Assembly: GCA_027622665.1 (NCBI GenBank)
Contig: JAQBYT010000019.1
Coordinates: 1-64,000 of the forward strand
DNA length: 64,000 nucleotides
Direction of reading: 5' to 3'
Source: Verrucomicrobiota bacterium
Lineage (GTDB): Bacteria > Verrucomicrobiota > Verrucomicrobiia > Opitutales > Seribacteraceae
The translations under genes and the position numbers were made by a program. Below the pieces are notes generated by a model, which worked only from the letters and a program-made list of their open reading frames with translations, was not told the DNA's origin and ran no database searches. The first letter of the stretch is position 1. Every line of letters begins with the position of its first letter. Below, piece after piece: positions 38,045 through 47,256 of this stretch.

Positions 38045-39181
38045 GTGAGTACTGTTGTTGAAGAAAAAACCGAGCGCAAGACGGGGAAGAAATACCGTAT
38101 TATTGTTCGCTCGGCGGACGAAGCCGTCCGAGTCATTCAGCGCAAGCTTGGTCCTGAAGCACGTGTAATCTCTGTGCGACAAGTAGGTGGTCAAGGCTTG
38201 GCCAAATTTATTTCCTCTCCGAAATTAGAAGTCATAGCTGAAATTCCTCCCGAGGGGGGAGCACTCGGGAATGAGGTACTGGATTCCTCCGAAAGTCTTT
38301 CTGCGAACGAGGTCGACTTGATCCCTGAATCACAGGTTGCGGATATTGCTGCCCCCAACCCGGGTATGCCCGAGGGACCACCTTCTTTATCTGAAGAGGA
38401 TTTGAACGATTCCGACGTCATGCGTTTGCTCGGGCGAGCTGGCTTCGACCCTGCTTTGCTTTCCGATCTCCGTGCTTGGGCTCGATGGGATGAGATGAAG
38501 GACATGCCGTTAGCGGATGCTCTGAAGGAAATTACAGTTGGGCTCAGCGACCGCTATCGAGCTTTGGATAACCAAGGGACTTCTAATCGAATCGCATTGA
38601 TTGGTCCTCCGGGCGTCGGGAAGACCACAACCCTTTGCAAATTCATCGCCCACGAAGTTTTCATCAACAAGCATGTTCCCCATGTTCTCAAGGTTGAGAA
38701 TGGTGTGCCTAACCCGGATGACGCCCTGCGGATTTTTTGTGAAGTCGTTGGGGTGACACTTTATCGCGAACCCACTAATATCCCTCAGGTCAGCGATGAA
38801 AGTCCGCTTTATCTGGATTTCCCAGGCATATCTCTAAGCCATCGGGAGGACTGGACTCAGACGCGTGAAACCCTCGACTTGCTTGATGTCGAAACCCGGG
38901 TCATCGTAGTCAACGCGGCTTATGATCGAGCAGTGATTGATCAAGTTATTCGGCTTTCTTCCCTTCTCGGAGCTACCCACTTGGCACTCACTCACTTCGA
39001 TGAACTGTCTAATTCGACCAAGCTCTGGCCTGTCGTTTTACGTAGTGGTTTAACGCCGCTCTGTGTGTGTCACGGACAAAATGTGACGGGAGACTTCTCC
39101 ACAAACGTTCTCAATCAACTTATCGCCCGCACTTTTCCCGAGCAACTCTATCCTCGAGGAATAAGTCGTCGTTCCGCATAA
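38045..39181 (+). CDS. flhF: FlhF-like SRP-family GTPase (degenerate motifs)
   Basis: N-terminal 'EAVRVIQRKLGPEARVISVR'; P-loop GPPGVGKTTT; C-terminal GQNVTGD; follows flhA. Confidence 0.85.
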   Translation: MSTVVEEKTERKTGKKYRIIVRSADEAVRVIQRKLGPEARVISVRQVGGQGLAKFISSPKLEVIAEIPPEGGALGNEVLDSSESLSANEVDLIPESQVADIAAPNPGMPEGPPSLSEEDLNDSDVMRLLGRAGFDPALLSDLRAWARWDEMKDMPLADALKEITVGLSDRYRALDNQGTSNRIALIGPPGVGKTTTLCKFIAHEVFINKHVPHVLKVENGVPNPDDALRIFCEVVGVTLYREPTNIPQVSDESPLYLDFPGISLSHREDWTQTRETLDLLDVETRVIVVNAAYDRAVIDQVIRLSSLLGATHLALTHFDELSNSTKLWPVVLRSGLTPLCVCHGQNVTGDFSTNVLNQLIARTFPEQLYPRGISRRSA

Positions 39182-39184
39182 CAA

Positions 39185-39544
39185 ATGAACAACGACGCTC
39201 GCTTCTTTTTTTGCCTCTGCGGATTTGCCGGGTTCGTATTATTCTTTTCGTTGGGATGGATCCTGACAGGTAATGCATTCGATGCTCTTTTGAGGGGAAG
39301 TATCGGGTGTCTTATACTCGGTGTTGGAGGACGTCTCCTTCTCGGTACTTTGCTGCGTTCCTTACTCGAAAGCACTTCTTCCGTTGGAGAGGGTGAGGCG
39401 AATTCTTCTGGTCATGTAGCCCATGGACTGTCGGAGATCGCCAAAAGTAATTCCACCCCTGAGGAACTCGCCGTGCAAGCGTCCGCGCAAGCCACATCTG
39501 AAGCTGCCGCTGGCGTTGAGCCTGGCGTGAATACTTCCGTCTAG
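39185..39544 (+). CDS. Small two-TM hypothetical protein upstream of fliA
   Basis: Two hydrophobic segments, then an Ala/Ser/Glu-rich tail; tightly packed in the operon. Confidence 0.7.
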   Translation: MNNDARFFFCLCGFAGFVLFFSLGWILTGNAFDALLRGSIGCLILGVGGRLLLGTLLRSLLESTSSVGEGEANSSGHVAHGLSEIAKSNSTPEELAVQASAQATSEAAAGVEPGVNTSV

Positions 39545-39557
39545 CTCTGATTTTTCC

Positions 39558-40397
39558 ATGAGTCTCCCAGCAACAGTTGCCCAAAGCTCCACCGGAGGAA
39601 TCAATATATCGTCCGAGGATCGCCTTCGTGAAGCTGCTCGCCTGTACAAGCGAACCATGAGTGACGAAAAGGAGCGAGAGAAACTCATTGAGAACTATCT
39701 ACCCTTGGTGAAATCAATCGTCTCACGCATGCGGCATCACTTTCCGGATACCGTTGAATCGGAAGACTTGTATGGTATTGGAGCCAAGGCATTAGTTCTA
39801 GCAGTCAACCAGTTCAACCCATCTAAGGGGCGATCGTTTGGCAGTTACGCGGGCTTGCGCATCAAAGGATCTCTTCTAGACGAACTGCGCCGTATAGATT
39901 GCCTTCCTCGAGCCAACCGGGCCAAGGCTCGATCTCTTCAGGCTACCATAGCGGAACTTGAGTCCAAATACAAAAGACCCGTCAGCGAGGATGAAGTTCG
40001 CCAAGAGCTAAACATCGATGTGAACGAATACCGTAAACTACTTAAGGAGACTCAGCCAGTCACTTTCGTCCCTCTGGATGCTCCAATTGATTCGAATGCC
40101 GGCGATGGTGGAACTCCAGGCACTCTATCTGATTTTCTCTCCGACCCTACGGAGACAGATGCACTCGAACAAACGGAAAGTCGCGAGCGTGTTTCCCTGT
40201 TGAGGGAACGTATCAGGGTACTGCCTGATCAACAGAAGAAGATTCTTGCCCTATACTATTACGAAGAGATGAAGTTGGCTGAAATTGCACAAATCTTTGG
40301 CTTGACCGAAGGGCGAATCAGCCAGATTCTGTCTCACACAATTATTAGTCTTCGAAGTCATTTCCGAACCCTTTCTCAAATCAACATAAAGATTTAA
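39558..40397 (+). CDS. fliA: FliA/WhiG family RNA polymerase sigma factor (sigma28)
   Basis: YLPLVKSI, YAGLRIKGSLLDELR, LYYYEEMKLAEIA..FGLTEGRISQI. Confidence 0.94.
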   Translation: MSLPATVAQSSTGGINISSEDRLREAARLYKRTMSDEKEREKLIENYLPLVKSIVSRMRHHFPDTVESEDLYGIGAKALVLAVNQFNPSKGRSFGSYAGLRIKGSLLDELRRIDCLPRANRAKARSLQATIAELESKYKRPVSEDEVRQELNIDVNEYRKLLKETQPVTFVPLDAPIDSNAGDGGTPGTLSDFLSDPTETDALEQTESRERVSLLRERIRVLPDQQKKILALYYYEEMKLAEIAQIFGLTEGRISQILSHTIISLRSHFRTLSQINIKI

Positions 40398-40399
40398 CA

Positions 40400-41260
40400 A
40401 TGCTTCTTGCAGTTGGCATTATAATCGTATTCGCGTCATGTCTCGGCGGCTTTGTGTTGGCGGGGGGTGCCCCTATGATGCTTGTTCACCCCGGCGAGAT
40501 AATTATTATCTGCGGTATAGGCTTAGGCATTGTCGTTGTTTCTAGTCCCAAATCCGTACTTGTCGGTCTATCCGTCGACATAAAAAAAGCCTTCAAGGGA
40601 GGCGTCTCCAACAAGGGCAAGTTTATTGATTTGCTGGTCTTGCTTTACGAACTCTTTATGCTTGGGCGACGCAAGGGGACTCCTGCTCTTGACGAGCATG
40701 TAAGTGATGCTCAAAATAGCTCCATTTTCACTAAATACCCATCCTTTCTCAATGATGCTCGCTTGGTCGAGTTTCTCTGCAATTCATTGCGCCCAATAGT
40801 GGACGGACGGTGCAAACCTGCTGAGATCGGGGGCATCCTTAAATCGGAGCTTCACAGTCGCGAAGATGAGGCGAATCGTTCCGTCAAGGCGATCGAGATG
40901 CTTGCCGATGCACTTCCGGGGGTCGGCATCGTGGCAGCGGTTCTCGGAATTATTAATACCATGTCCAATTTGGAGGATCCCCAAGCCGTAGGAGGCAAAG
41001 TAGCTGCCGCGCTTAGTGGAACTTTCTTGGGTATTTTCCTAGCTTATGGCATTGGGATACCGTTGGCCAAACTTGTACAACTAAATCAACAAGAAGAATT
41101 CTTGTACTTTCGTATTGTGGAGCGTTCCGTTACTGGATTTGCTACTGGACTGTCTCCCATTATGGCGGTTGAAATTGGGCGTCGTTCGCTTGGTTCCGCA
41201 ATTCAACCTTCAGCCGACGAACTCGAGGAGATGTGCAAGGACGCCTCCAAGGGCGCTTAA
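40400..41260 (+). CDS. motA: Flagellar stator protein MotA
   Basis: ADALPGVGIVAAVLG, AALSGTFLGIFLAYG, PIMAVEIGRR. Confidence 0.95.
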   Translation: MLLAVGIIIVFASCLGGFVLAGGAPMMLVHPGEIIIICGIGLGIVVVSSPKSVLVGLSVDIKKAFKGGVSNKGKFIDLLVLLYELFMLGRRKGTPALDEHVSDAQNSSIFTKYPSFLNDARLVEFLCNSLRPIVDGRCKPAEIGGILKSELHSREDEANRSVKAIEMLADALPGVGIVAAVLGIINTMSNLEDPQAVGGKVAAALSGTFLGIFLAYGIGIPLAKLVQLNQQEEFLYFRIVERSVTGFATGLSPIMAVEIGRRSLGSAIQPSADELEEMCKDASKGA

Positions 41261-41288
41261 TTACCGCTTTTGGGGCACAGTTAAGTAA

Positions 41289-42182
41289 ATGAAACAATTT
41301 ACTATCTTTCGTCAATGTCGATCCGGAAGTCATGGAGGGGCGTGGAAGGTAGCCTATGCTGACTTCGTCACGGGGATGATGTCTCTATTTCTTGTCCTTT
41401 GGATTCTTTCGCAGGACGAGGAAGTCATTATTGCGACCACTCGCTTCTTTAGAGATCCTTATATGGCCGGCGTACCCAAATCAACTCCTGTCGAACAGAA
41501 AGATGCTAGACCCGGTAGTATGGTGGATCAAATTGTAGGTCGTTCGGACACCACCATGCGCAATACGGATGAAACCTCGAATATCGACGTAGATATTCTT
41601 CATCGGATTGCAAAGGACTGGTATGCTACGCTAAGGCAGCACGAACTCGATGATGAAACTATTCAAATCGAAGTCGCGAATGAACGCATACACGTGACTA
41701 TTTTTCATGGTGACGATAAACCTCTCTTCGAACAGTCTTCCCCCAAGTTAACCGCATTCGGTCGCAAGGTGGTTAACCAAATGGCTTGGTTACTGGATAG
41801 GCATTTGCTTATTTCTCGGGTCGATTCCCATACCAATCATCTTCCCGACGGAAGGGCAGGCCAACTTGCCAATCTAATACGAAATCCTTCCGCCTCTCCC
41901 GTAAACCAATACAGTAAACTGTCTGATTTTGATCAGGCTAAACTGGCAGAGTGGAAAATGTCTCTGGATCAAGCTTACGAGGTTTTGGATCATTTGACTT
42001 ACTCCACAGCACCGATAGGGGGAAATAGCGACCTTTTGGCCAAGATGGAGGGATTGAAGGGGCACGGTTCCACTTTGCCCAACAAACGCTTCCCGAACCG
42101 TCCCGATAAGAACAGGCGAGTGGAATTGAGCCTTGTTGTCGACAAGAGCAAGGAAAGCCTTGCTCACTACCCGGAACTCTAG
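41289..42182 (+). CDS. motB: Flagellar stator protein MotB (divergent OmpA-like domain)
   Basis: HGGAWKVAYADFVTGMMSLFLVLW with the conserved Asp; NRRVE near the C-terminus. Confidence 0.93.
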   Translation: MKQFTIFRQCRSGSHGGAWKVAYADFVTGMMSLFLVLWILSQDEEVIIATTRFFRDPYMAGVPKSTPVEQKDARPGSMVDQIVGRSDTTMRNTDETSNIDVDILHRIAKDWYATLRQHELDDETIQIEVANERIHVTIFHGDDKPLFEQSSPKLTAFGRKVVNQMAWLLDRHLLISRVDSHTNHLPDGRAGQLANLIRNPSASPVNQYSKLSDFDQAKLAEWKMSLDQAYEVLDHLTYSTAPIGGNSDLLAKMEGLKGHGSTLPNKRFPNRPDKNRRVELSLVVDKSKESLAHYPEL

Positions 42183-42199
42183 TTGGAACAAAACTTGCT
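42183..42199 (+). promoter_or_regulatory. sigma54 (-24/-12) promoter for the 94-aa gene
   Basis: TTGGAACAAAACTTGCT: GG(42185-6)-N10-GC(42197-8), in the motB intergenic gap. Confidence 0.7.
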
Positions 42200-42211
42200 T
42201 TTCGACTGATT

Positions 42212-42496
42212 GTGGAGAATTATCTTACAGGTAGAACGGATTCTGGGCATCCTGCACTAAAGGATGAGGGAAATAGTTCCTTTCGTTCTTATCTGGAGCA
42301 AGAACCTATGTCTCCCGGCGGTTCACCCGGTGAGCAACTATCTGTTGAATCTCCCGCTGTTTCGGGAGAGACTGCACTTCTTTACGAAGAGGACGGTGGA
42401 CCAAAGGTGGAAGTGATTTCAATTGACGGACGCCCGGTTCAGATAGTGGTTCATCTCGAGAGTGGTCGTATACTCGAATTGAACTGCGAATATTGA
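42212..42496 (+). CDS. Hypothetical 94-aa protein in the flagellar cluster
   Basis: Co-oriented ORF filling the motB-flgF gap; has its own sigma54-type promoter; beta-rich C-terminus PKVEVISIDGRPVQIVVH...ILELNCEY. Confidence 0.7.
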   Translation: MENYLTGRTDSGHPALKDEGNSSFRSYLEQEPMSPGGSPGEQLSVESPAVSGETALLYEEDGGPKVEVISIDGRPVQIVVHLESGRILELNCEY

Positions 42497-42608
42497 TTCT
42501 TTTGCCTTTCTCGGCGGCCGATTGGGTATGCCGGAAGGGAAGAATCTACCATCTTTCGCAAAAAATGCGCTTGGTTCTGTAACTTTTAGTTTCCATTGTG
42601 CGTTAAGC

Positions 42609-42624
42609 CGGCGCGAAGTTTGCT
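42609..42624 (+). promoter_or_regulatory. sigma54 (-24/-12) promoter for the flgF operon
   Basis: CGGCGCGAAGTTTGCT: GG-N10-GC; shares GGCGCGA with the flgB promoter. Confidence 0.78.
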
Positions 42625-42636
42625 CAACGTGAGGGC

Positions 42637-43398
42637 GTGAATCTTGCACTTTATGAAAATGCCTCGGCCCTTAGGGGGTTGGAACAGTACCAAAACGTAA
42701 TAGCCAACAATATTGCCGCTAGTCATGTTGCTGGTTTCAAGAAGGTGGCGGTCAGTTTCGAGGCCGTTGACGGCGGTGAAATTGCCCGGAGTACACACGA
42801 TCGCCTGAGGAACGAAATGCCTGGATCCTTTCCGGTAATGAAGAATCAGGTGGATTTTCAGGAAGGCGAACTTCGCCAATCCAACAATCCCATGGATATG
42901 GCGGTTCGCGGAGAAGGCTTTTTCGGATTGATCAACGCGAATGGCGATGTTGCCTACACTCGAGATGGGCAATTTTATTTGAATGCCGAGGGCATCATGG
43001 TCAACAGCATGGGGCACGAGTTCGCCGGCAATGGCGGCAACAACATTCAAACCGTTCCAGGCGGTGGAGATCCCACAATCGATAAAGAAGGCCAAGTCTT
43101 TCAAAATAACCAACTTCTCGGTCAAGTTGGTGTTTTCGTCTTTGACGACCCGCTGATGCAACTCCGCAAAGTCGGTGGAGGTTTTGTCGCAAAGAATCCT
43201 GAAGTGGAACCCGAGGCTGCCGATCCCGCCGATTTTGTGATTATGCAAGGCTATGTGGAAAACAGCAATGTTTCAGCTATTCAGGAAATGATTGGGCTTA
43301 TTGAAGTGTCACGGGCCCATGAAGCAAATCAGAAGATGATTCAGCACTTCGACCAGAATATGGGCAAGGCCATCGGCACTCTGGGCGCCACTTCGTAA
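42637..43398 (+). CDS. flgF: Flagellar basal-body rod protein FlgF
   Basis: ANNIA, NPMDMAVRGEGFF, YTRDG, ENSNVSAIQEMI..IEVSRAHEANQK; upstream of flgG. Confidence 0.9.
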   Translation: MNLALYENASALRGLEQYQNVIANNIAASHVAGFKKVAVSFEAVDGGEIARSTHDRLRNEMPGSFPVMKNQVDFQEGELRQSNNPMDMAVRGEGFFGLINANGDVAYTRDGQFYLNAEGIMVNSMGHEFAGNGGNNIQTVPGGGDPTIDKEGQVFQNNQLLGQVGVFVFDDPLMQLRKVGGGFVAKNPEVEPEAADPADFVIMQGYVENSNVSAIQEMIGLIEVSRAHEANQKMIQHFDQNMGKAIGTLGATS

Positions 43399-43456
43399 CT
43401 TGTTATTTTTCTTAACTTTTTAACCGCATCGCGAATCCGAACAACACGAAGATACC

Positions 43457-44239
43457 ATGAATCTTTCCCTTTATTCCGGCTCTACGGGCATGCAAGCCCA
43501 ACAACTTAACCTGAATGTCATCTCGAACAACATAGCCAATGTGAACACCACGGGCTACAAGAAGAACAAAATTGAGTTTCAGGATTTATTGTATCAGAAC
43601 CCTCGACAAGCAGGTGGTCAAACAGGTGCGGGTAACGTTATTCCTACCGGGGTCGAAATGGGTAATGGTACCAAGGTAGTTGCCACTCCGAAAGTATTCA
43701 CTCAAGGAATACTTACGCAAACCAGCGAGAAGTTGGACGTAGCCATTGATGGGACAGGGTTCTTTCAAGTTGAAAGACCCGATGGCACGGAGTCTTATAC
43801 TAGAGATGGAGCTTTCAAAGTCGGTCCCGATGGTCAATTGACCACTGCCGACGCTCTCCCGCTTGCCGCTGGAATTCAAATCGATCCCGAGGTCATCAAT
43901 GTTTTTGTGTCACCTACCGGAGAAGTTTCTGTGCAGACTGCGGACGGTGAACAAATTATCGGTCAACTTGAGCTTGTTCGTTTCCCTAACGCCTCGGGAC
44001 TCAAGGCGATGGGCGGTAATCTATTTATAGAGACCGAGGCGAGTGGTCCTCCTGAAATAGGTGCGCCTGGCGAGAACGGTTTTGGCGTCCTGCAACAAGG
44101 TTATCTTGAGATGTCTAATGTCAATGTGGTCGAGGAAATGGTAAATATGATCATTGCCCAGCGTGCCTACGAGATCAATTCCAAGTCCATTCAGACTTCC
44201 GACGAGATGCTTGGCCGAGTTAACCAACTGAAGCGCTAA
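43457..44239 (+). CDS. flgG: Flagellar distal rod protein FlgG
   Basis: ISNNIANVNTTGYKK..IEFQDLLYQ; SNVNVVEEMVNMIIAQRAYEINSK. Confidence 0.97.
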   Translation: MNLSLYSGSTGMQAQQLNLNVISNNIANVNTTGYKKNKIEFQDLLYQNPRQAGGQTGAGNVIPTGVEMGNGTKVVATPKVFTQGILTQTSEKLDVAIDGTGFFQVERPDGTESYTRDGAFKVGPDGQLTTADALPLAAGIQIDPEVINVFVSPTGEVSVQTADGEQIIGQLELVRFPNASGLKAMGGNLFIETEASGPPEIGAPGENGFGVLQQGYLEMSNVNVVEEMVNMIIAQRAYEINSKSIQTSDEMLGRVNQLKR

Positions 44240-45070
44240 ATGCGATTAGTAAGTATACTGTTCGCGAGTTTTTCTCTTTCTGCACTATTGCAGGCAGATG
44301 TTACTCGTCTGCTCCCACCTCTTGACTTGGGTGCCTTGCAACCTGTTCGAACGGCAGTGACTCGATCAGGATTTATTTCTTCCGGTCCGTCCATTCCCAG
44401 TTCCTATACCGCATCGATTTCCAAGGTGAAGGGTTCGGTTATTCTAGATGCGGAGTTGTTAGAGAAGAAAATTGCCTCGGTGCTTTCGCATCGCTACCAA
44501 GCGTCCGGACATGTTCTTGCTCGACTTTCTCGCGAGTGGAAACCGTTAAATGTTCCGGTAGATTGGGAATTCAAATTGCAGCAATCCATTCCCGATGAAC
44601 TATCGGCCAACGCTTTCATGCGTTTTTCAATTTCGTCCGATGGTCTTAAACTGGGTGAGTGGGGTTATCCCGTTAAATGTTCTCAGATGGTGGATGTAGC
44701 AGTTGCGAAAGTACCTCTGAATCGAGGGAGTCGGATAACTCCTGATCTTCTTTCTTCCAGTGCTATTGATGCTCTAGGGGCGGGAGCGAACTGCATTTTG
44801 TCCGACGCTCGCTTAAATGGTTATCAAGTGACGACTAGCCTCAAACCCGGGACTGTGCTGAAATGGAGTCATCTTTCGAAGGTGACACTCGTCCGTAAAG
44901 GGCAAGTCGTGAATGTTTTTGCCTCAGGAAAAGGCATCTTCGTTGAAATGAAGGGCCAAGCGATGGAAGACGGTGTCGAGGGTTCTTTTGTTCGTATTAG
45001 GAATATTTCTTCCAACCGTGAATTCCAAGCCAAAGTGCTAAATGAAAATAGTGTCAAAGTTTACTTCTAG
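44240..45070 (+). CDS. flgA: Flagellar P-ring formation chaperone FlgA
   Basis: Signal peptide; LVRKGQVV...GQAMEDG..G..VRIRNISS; between flgG and flgH. Confidence 0.88.
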   Translation: MRLVSILFASFSLSALLQADVTRLLPPLDLGALQPVRTAVTRSGFISSGPSIPSSYTASISKVKGSVILDAELLEKKIASVLSHRYQASGHVLARLSREWKPLNVPVDWEFKLQQSIPDELSANAFMRFSISSDGLKLGEWGYPVKCSQMVDVAVAKVPLNRGSRITPDLLSSSAIDALGAGANCILSDARLNGYQVTTSLKPGTVLKWSHLSKVTLVRKGQVVNVFASGKGIFVEMKGQAMEDGVEGSFVRIRNISSNREFQAKVLNENSVKVYF

Positions 45071-45704
45071 TCTTTTCGCTATTCTTTTTGGGGTCTTCTT
45101 CCTGTTGCCTCTAGTCGATTTATGCGCTGCTTCGCTCTGGCTGAAGAGTACCAATTCTGGCAAAGGATTGTATGTGGACAAGCGCGCACTTGCGGTAGGC
45201 GATCTACTTACTATAGACGTAAGTGAGAGTGCATCCCTTGCTGCTTCTCAAAACACGACTCGAAACCGACAAGCTCAGGTAGAAAACGCAGTAAAACAGT
45301 TCCTTTTCGCTCAAAGCAAAATGGGCACGCACAATGGTGGTTTGCCCGGCACCGAGATCGAAACTAAAAACAGTTCCAAAGGTGGGGGTTCAATTGCGAA
45401 CACGCAGAACCTGCAGGGAAAGGTCAGTGTCGTGGTGATCGACATGTTACCCAACGGGGTTCTGGTAGTGGAAGGGGCTAGGATGGTCACTTTCTCCGGC
45501 GAGAGTTACTATGCCGTGTTGAAGGGATTGGTCCGGAAGGAGGACATCGGATTCGGCTTTCGAGAAGGATTACGCTACCGAAATGTGGTTTCTTCCCAGT
45601 ATGTTGCGGATGCCCAAATCGAATTTGTGGCCAAGGGTAGTTTAAATGATGCCCAGAAGGAATCTTGGTACCAGCGTCTTTCAGGTATTCTCAATCCCTT
45701 CTGA
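45042..45704 (+). CDS. flgH: Flagellar L-ring protein FlgH
   Basis: SLW...DKRALAVGDLLTI; LPNG.LVVEG; GLVR.EDI; VADAQI; C-terminal NPF. Confidence 0.92.
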   Translation: MKIVSKFTSSLFAILFGVFFLLPLVDLCAASLWLKSTNSGKGLYVDKRALAVGDLLTIDVSESASLAASQNTTRNRQAQVENAVKQFLFAQSKMGTHNGGLPGTEIETKNSSKGGGSIANTQNLQGKVSVVVIDMLPNGVLVVEGARMVTFSGESYYAVLKGLVRKEDIGFGFREGLRYRNVVSSQYVADAQIEFVAKGSLNDAQKESWYQRLSGILNPF

Positions 45705-45715
45705 GCTGATATAGC

Positions 45716-46828
45716 ATGAGCCGTTTCAATTTTACTTTTTTCACGATTCTTGCTCTCACTTGTGCGGGTGTGTGCCTTTACGGTGCCCGGATTCAAGATT
45801 TGACTCAGGTCAAGGGTGCTCGGTCCAACCAGCTTTTCGGTTACGGAGTGGTAACGGGGTTGGCGGGGCAGGGTGACTCCCGGATCGAGTACACTGAGTT
45901 GGGTATCTTAAACGCTCTTGAACGATTGGGTATTCGAGCCGACAAGGCAGACAAGTCCCGTAACATTGCCGCAGTTATGGTGACTGCCGACATCGGTCCC
46001 TTTGCCAAGGAAGGTTCAACAATTGATGTAACCGTGGCTTCGATTGGTAATGCCGACTCCTTACAGGGGGGCATTCTTTTGCAGACCCCTCTATTCGGAG
46101 CAGATGGAGAAGTTTATGCGGTTGCCCAAGGAGCGGTTTCGATCGGTGGTGTTTCCGCAGGAGGGGCAGGAGGGGCAAGTGTGCAAGTTAACCATCCTAC
46201 TGTGGGACTGGTGACTAGTGGAGCTCTTGTCGAGCAAGAGATCGAAAGTAATATAATCGGGAATGGAAACTCAATAGAAATGATTTTGCGTTATCCCGAC
46301 GCCATGACCGCCGTGAAAATCGCGGGAGCCGTAAATAAATATTACCCCGGTACTGCCCTTGCCGTTGACGCGGGTTCCGTGAACATAAAGATTCCGGCAA
46401 CGTTTCGCGGCCAAACGACCAATTTTATCGCTGCTATCGGCGAAATTGAGGCACGTCCGAACATTGCGGCCAGGGTGATCATTAACGAACGCACGGGTAC
46501 CATTGTGGCAACCGAGAGTGTTCGGGTATCCCCCGTAGCCGTAAGCAACAGCAACGTAACGATTTTCATCAATCCGACTACGGGCGTTAGCCAACCTTTG
46601 CCTTTTAGCTCTGGAGCGACCCAAGTCCTACAGGGAGCCGATGCCGACTTGGTTGAGGAAATCGGGCGATTTGAGACTTTGACCGAGTTGGACCCTCAAG
46701 GCGCCACCACGGTCAACAACCTTGCCACCGCACTTAACCAGTTAGGTCTTACTACTCGAGAAATGACTTCCATACTTCAATCCATCAAGGCGGCCGGCGC
46801 TCTGCAGGCCGAGTTGATTATCAACTGA
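45716..46828 (+). CDS. flgI: Flagellar P-ring protein FlgI
   Basis: NQLFGYGVVTGLAG.GD; SLQGGILLQTPL; INERTGTIV; AGALQAELII. Confidence 0.96.
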   Translation: MSRFNFTFFTILALTCAGVCLYGARIQDLTQVKGARSNQLFGYGVVTGLAGQGDSRIEYTELGILNALERLGIRADKADKSRNIAAVMVTADIGPFAKEGSTIDVTVASIGNADSLQGGILLQTPLFGADGEVYAVAQGAVSIGGVSAGGAGGASVQVNHPTVGLVTSGALVEQEIESNIIGNGNSIEMILRYPDAMTAVKIAGAVNKYYPGTALAVDAGSVNIKIPATFRGQTTNFIAAIGEIEARPNIAARVIINERTGTIVATESVRVSPVAVSNSNVTIFINPTTGVSQPLPFSSGATQVLQGADADLVEEIGRFETLTELDPQGATTVNNLATALNQLGLTTREMTSILQSIKAAGALQAELIIN

Positions 46829-46839
46829 TTTCAGTTAGG

Positions 46840-47256
46840 ATGAACGCAACTCCAGAATTATCTTCCAGCCAGTATGTGGGGATGGATACCTCCATGCTCA
46901 TGGAGATGGCACATTCCCGACATGCGAGTGAGGAGCAAAAGGCTGCGGCTGTTTCCGGTCAATTTGAATCTCTTTTGGTCAAGCAGTACCTCAAGCAGGC
47001 TCTAAAGCCCATGTTCAAGGGGATTTTCAACGAGAATGGCGGAGCCTCCGGAATGTACAGGCACATGTTTACTGATGCCATGGCTGAAAGCATAGCTCAG
47101 GGAGGGGGCTTCGGGATCTCTTCGATGCTCCAGATGCACTTGAACAAAAAAGTCGATGCCGAAGGCGCCGAATTAATGAAAAATGTAAACGAGTCTGAAA
47201 TCGAGAATGAGTCAACCGATTCGTCCTCATCCTTTACCGAAAAAACTGATGGTTAA
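46840..47256 (+). CDS. flgJ: FlgJ-like rod-binding protein (no muramidase domain)
   Basis: QFESLLVKQYLK...MYRHMF...GGGFGISSML; 138 aa; after flgI. Confidence 0.85.
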   Translation: MNATPELSSSQYVGMDTSMLMEMAHSRHASEEQKAAAVSGQFESLLVKQYLKQALKPMFKGIFNENGGASGMYRHMFTDAMAESIAQGGGFGISSMLQMHLNKKVDAEGAELMKNVNESEIENESTDSSSSFTEKTDG

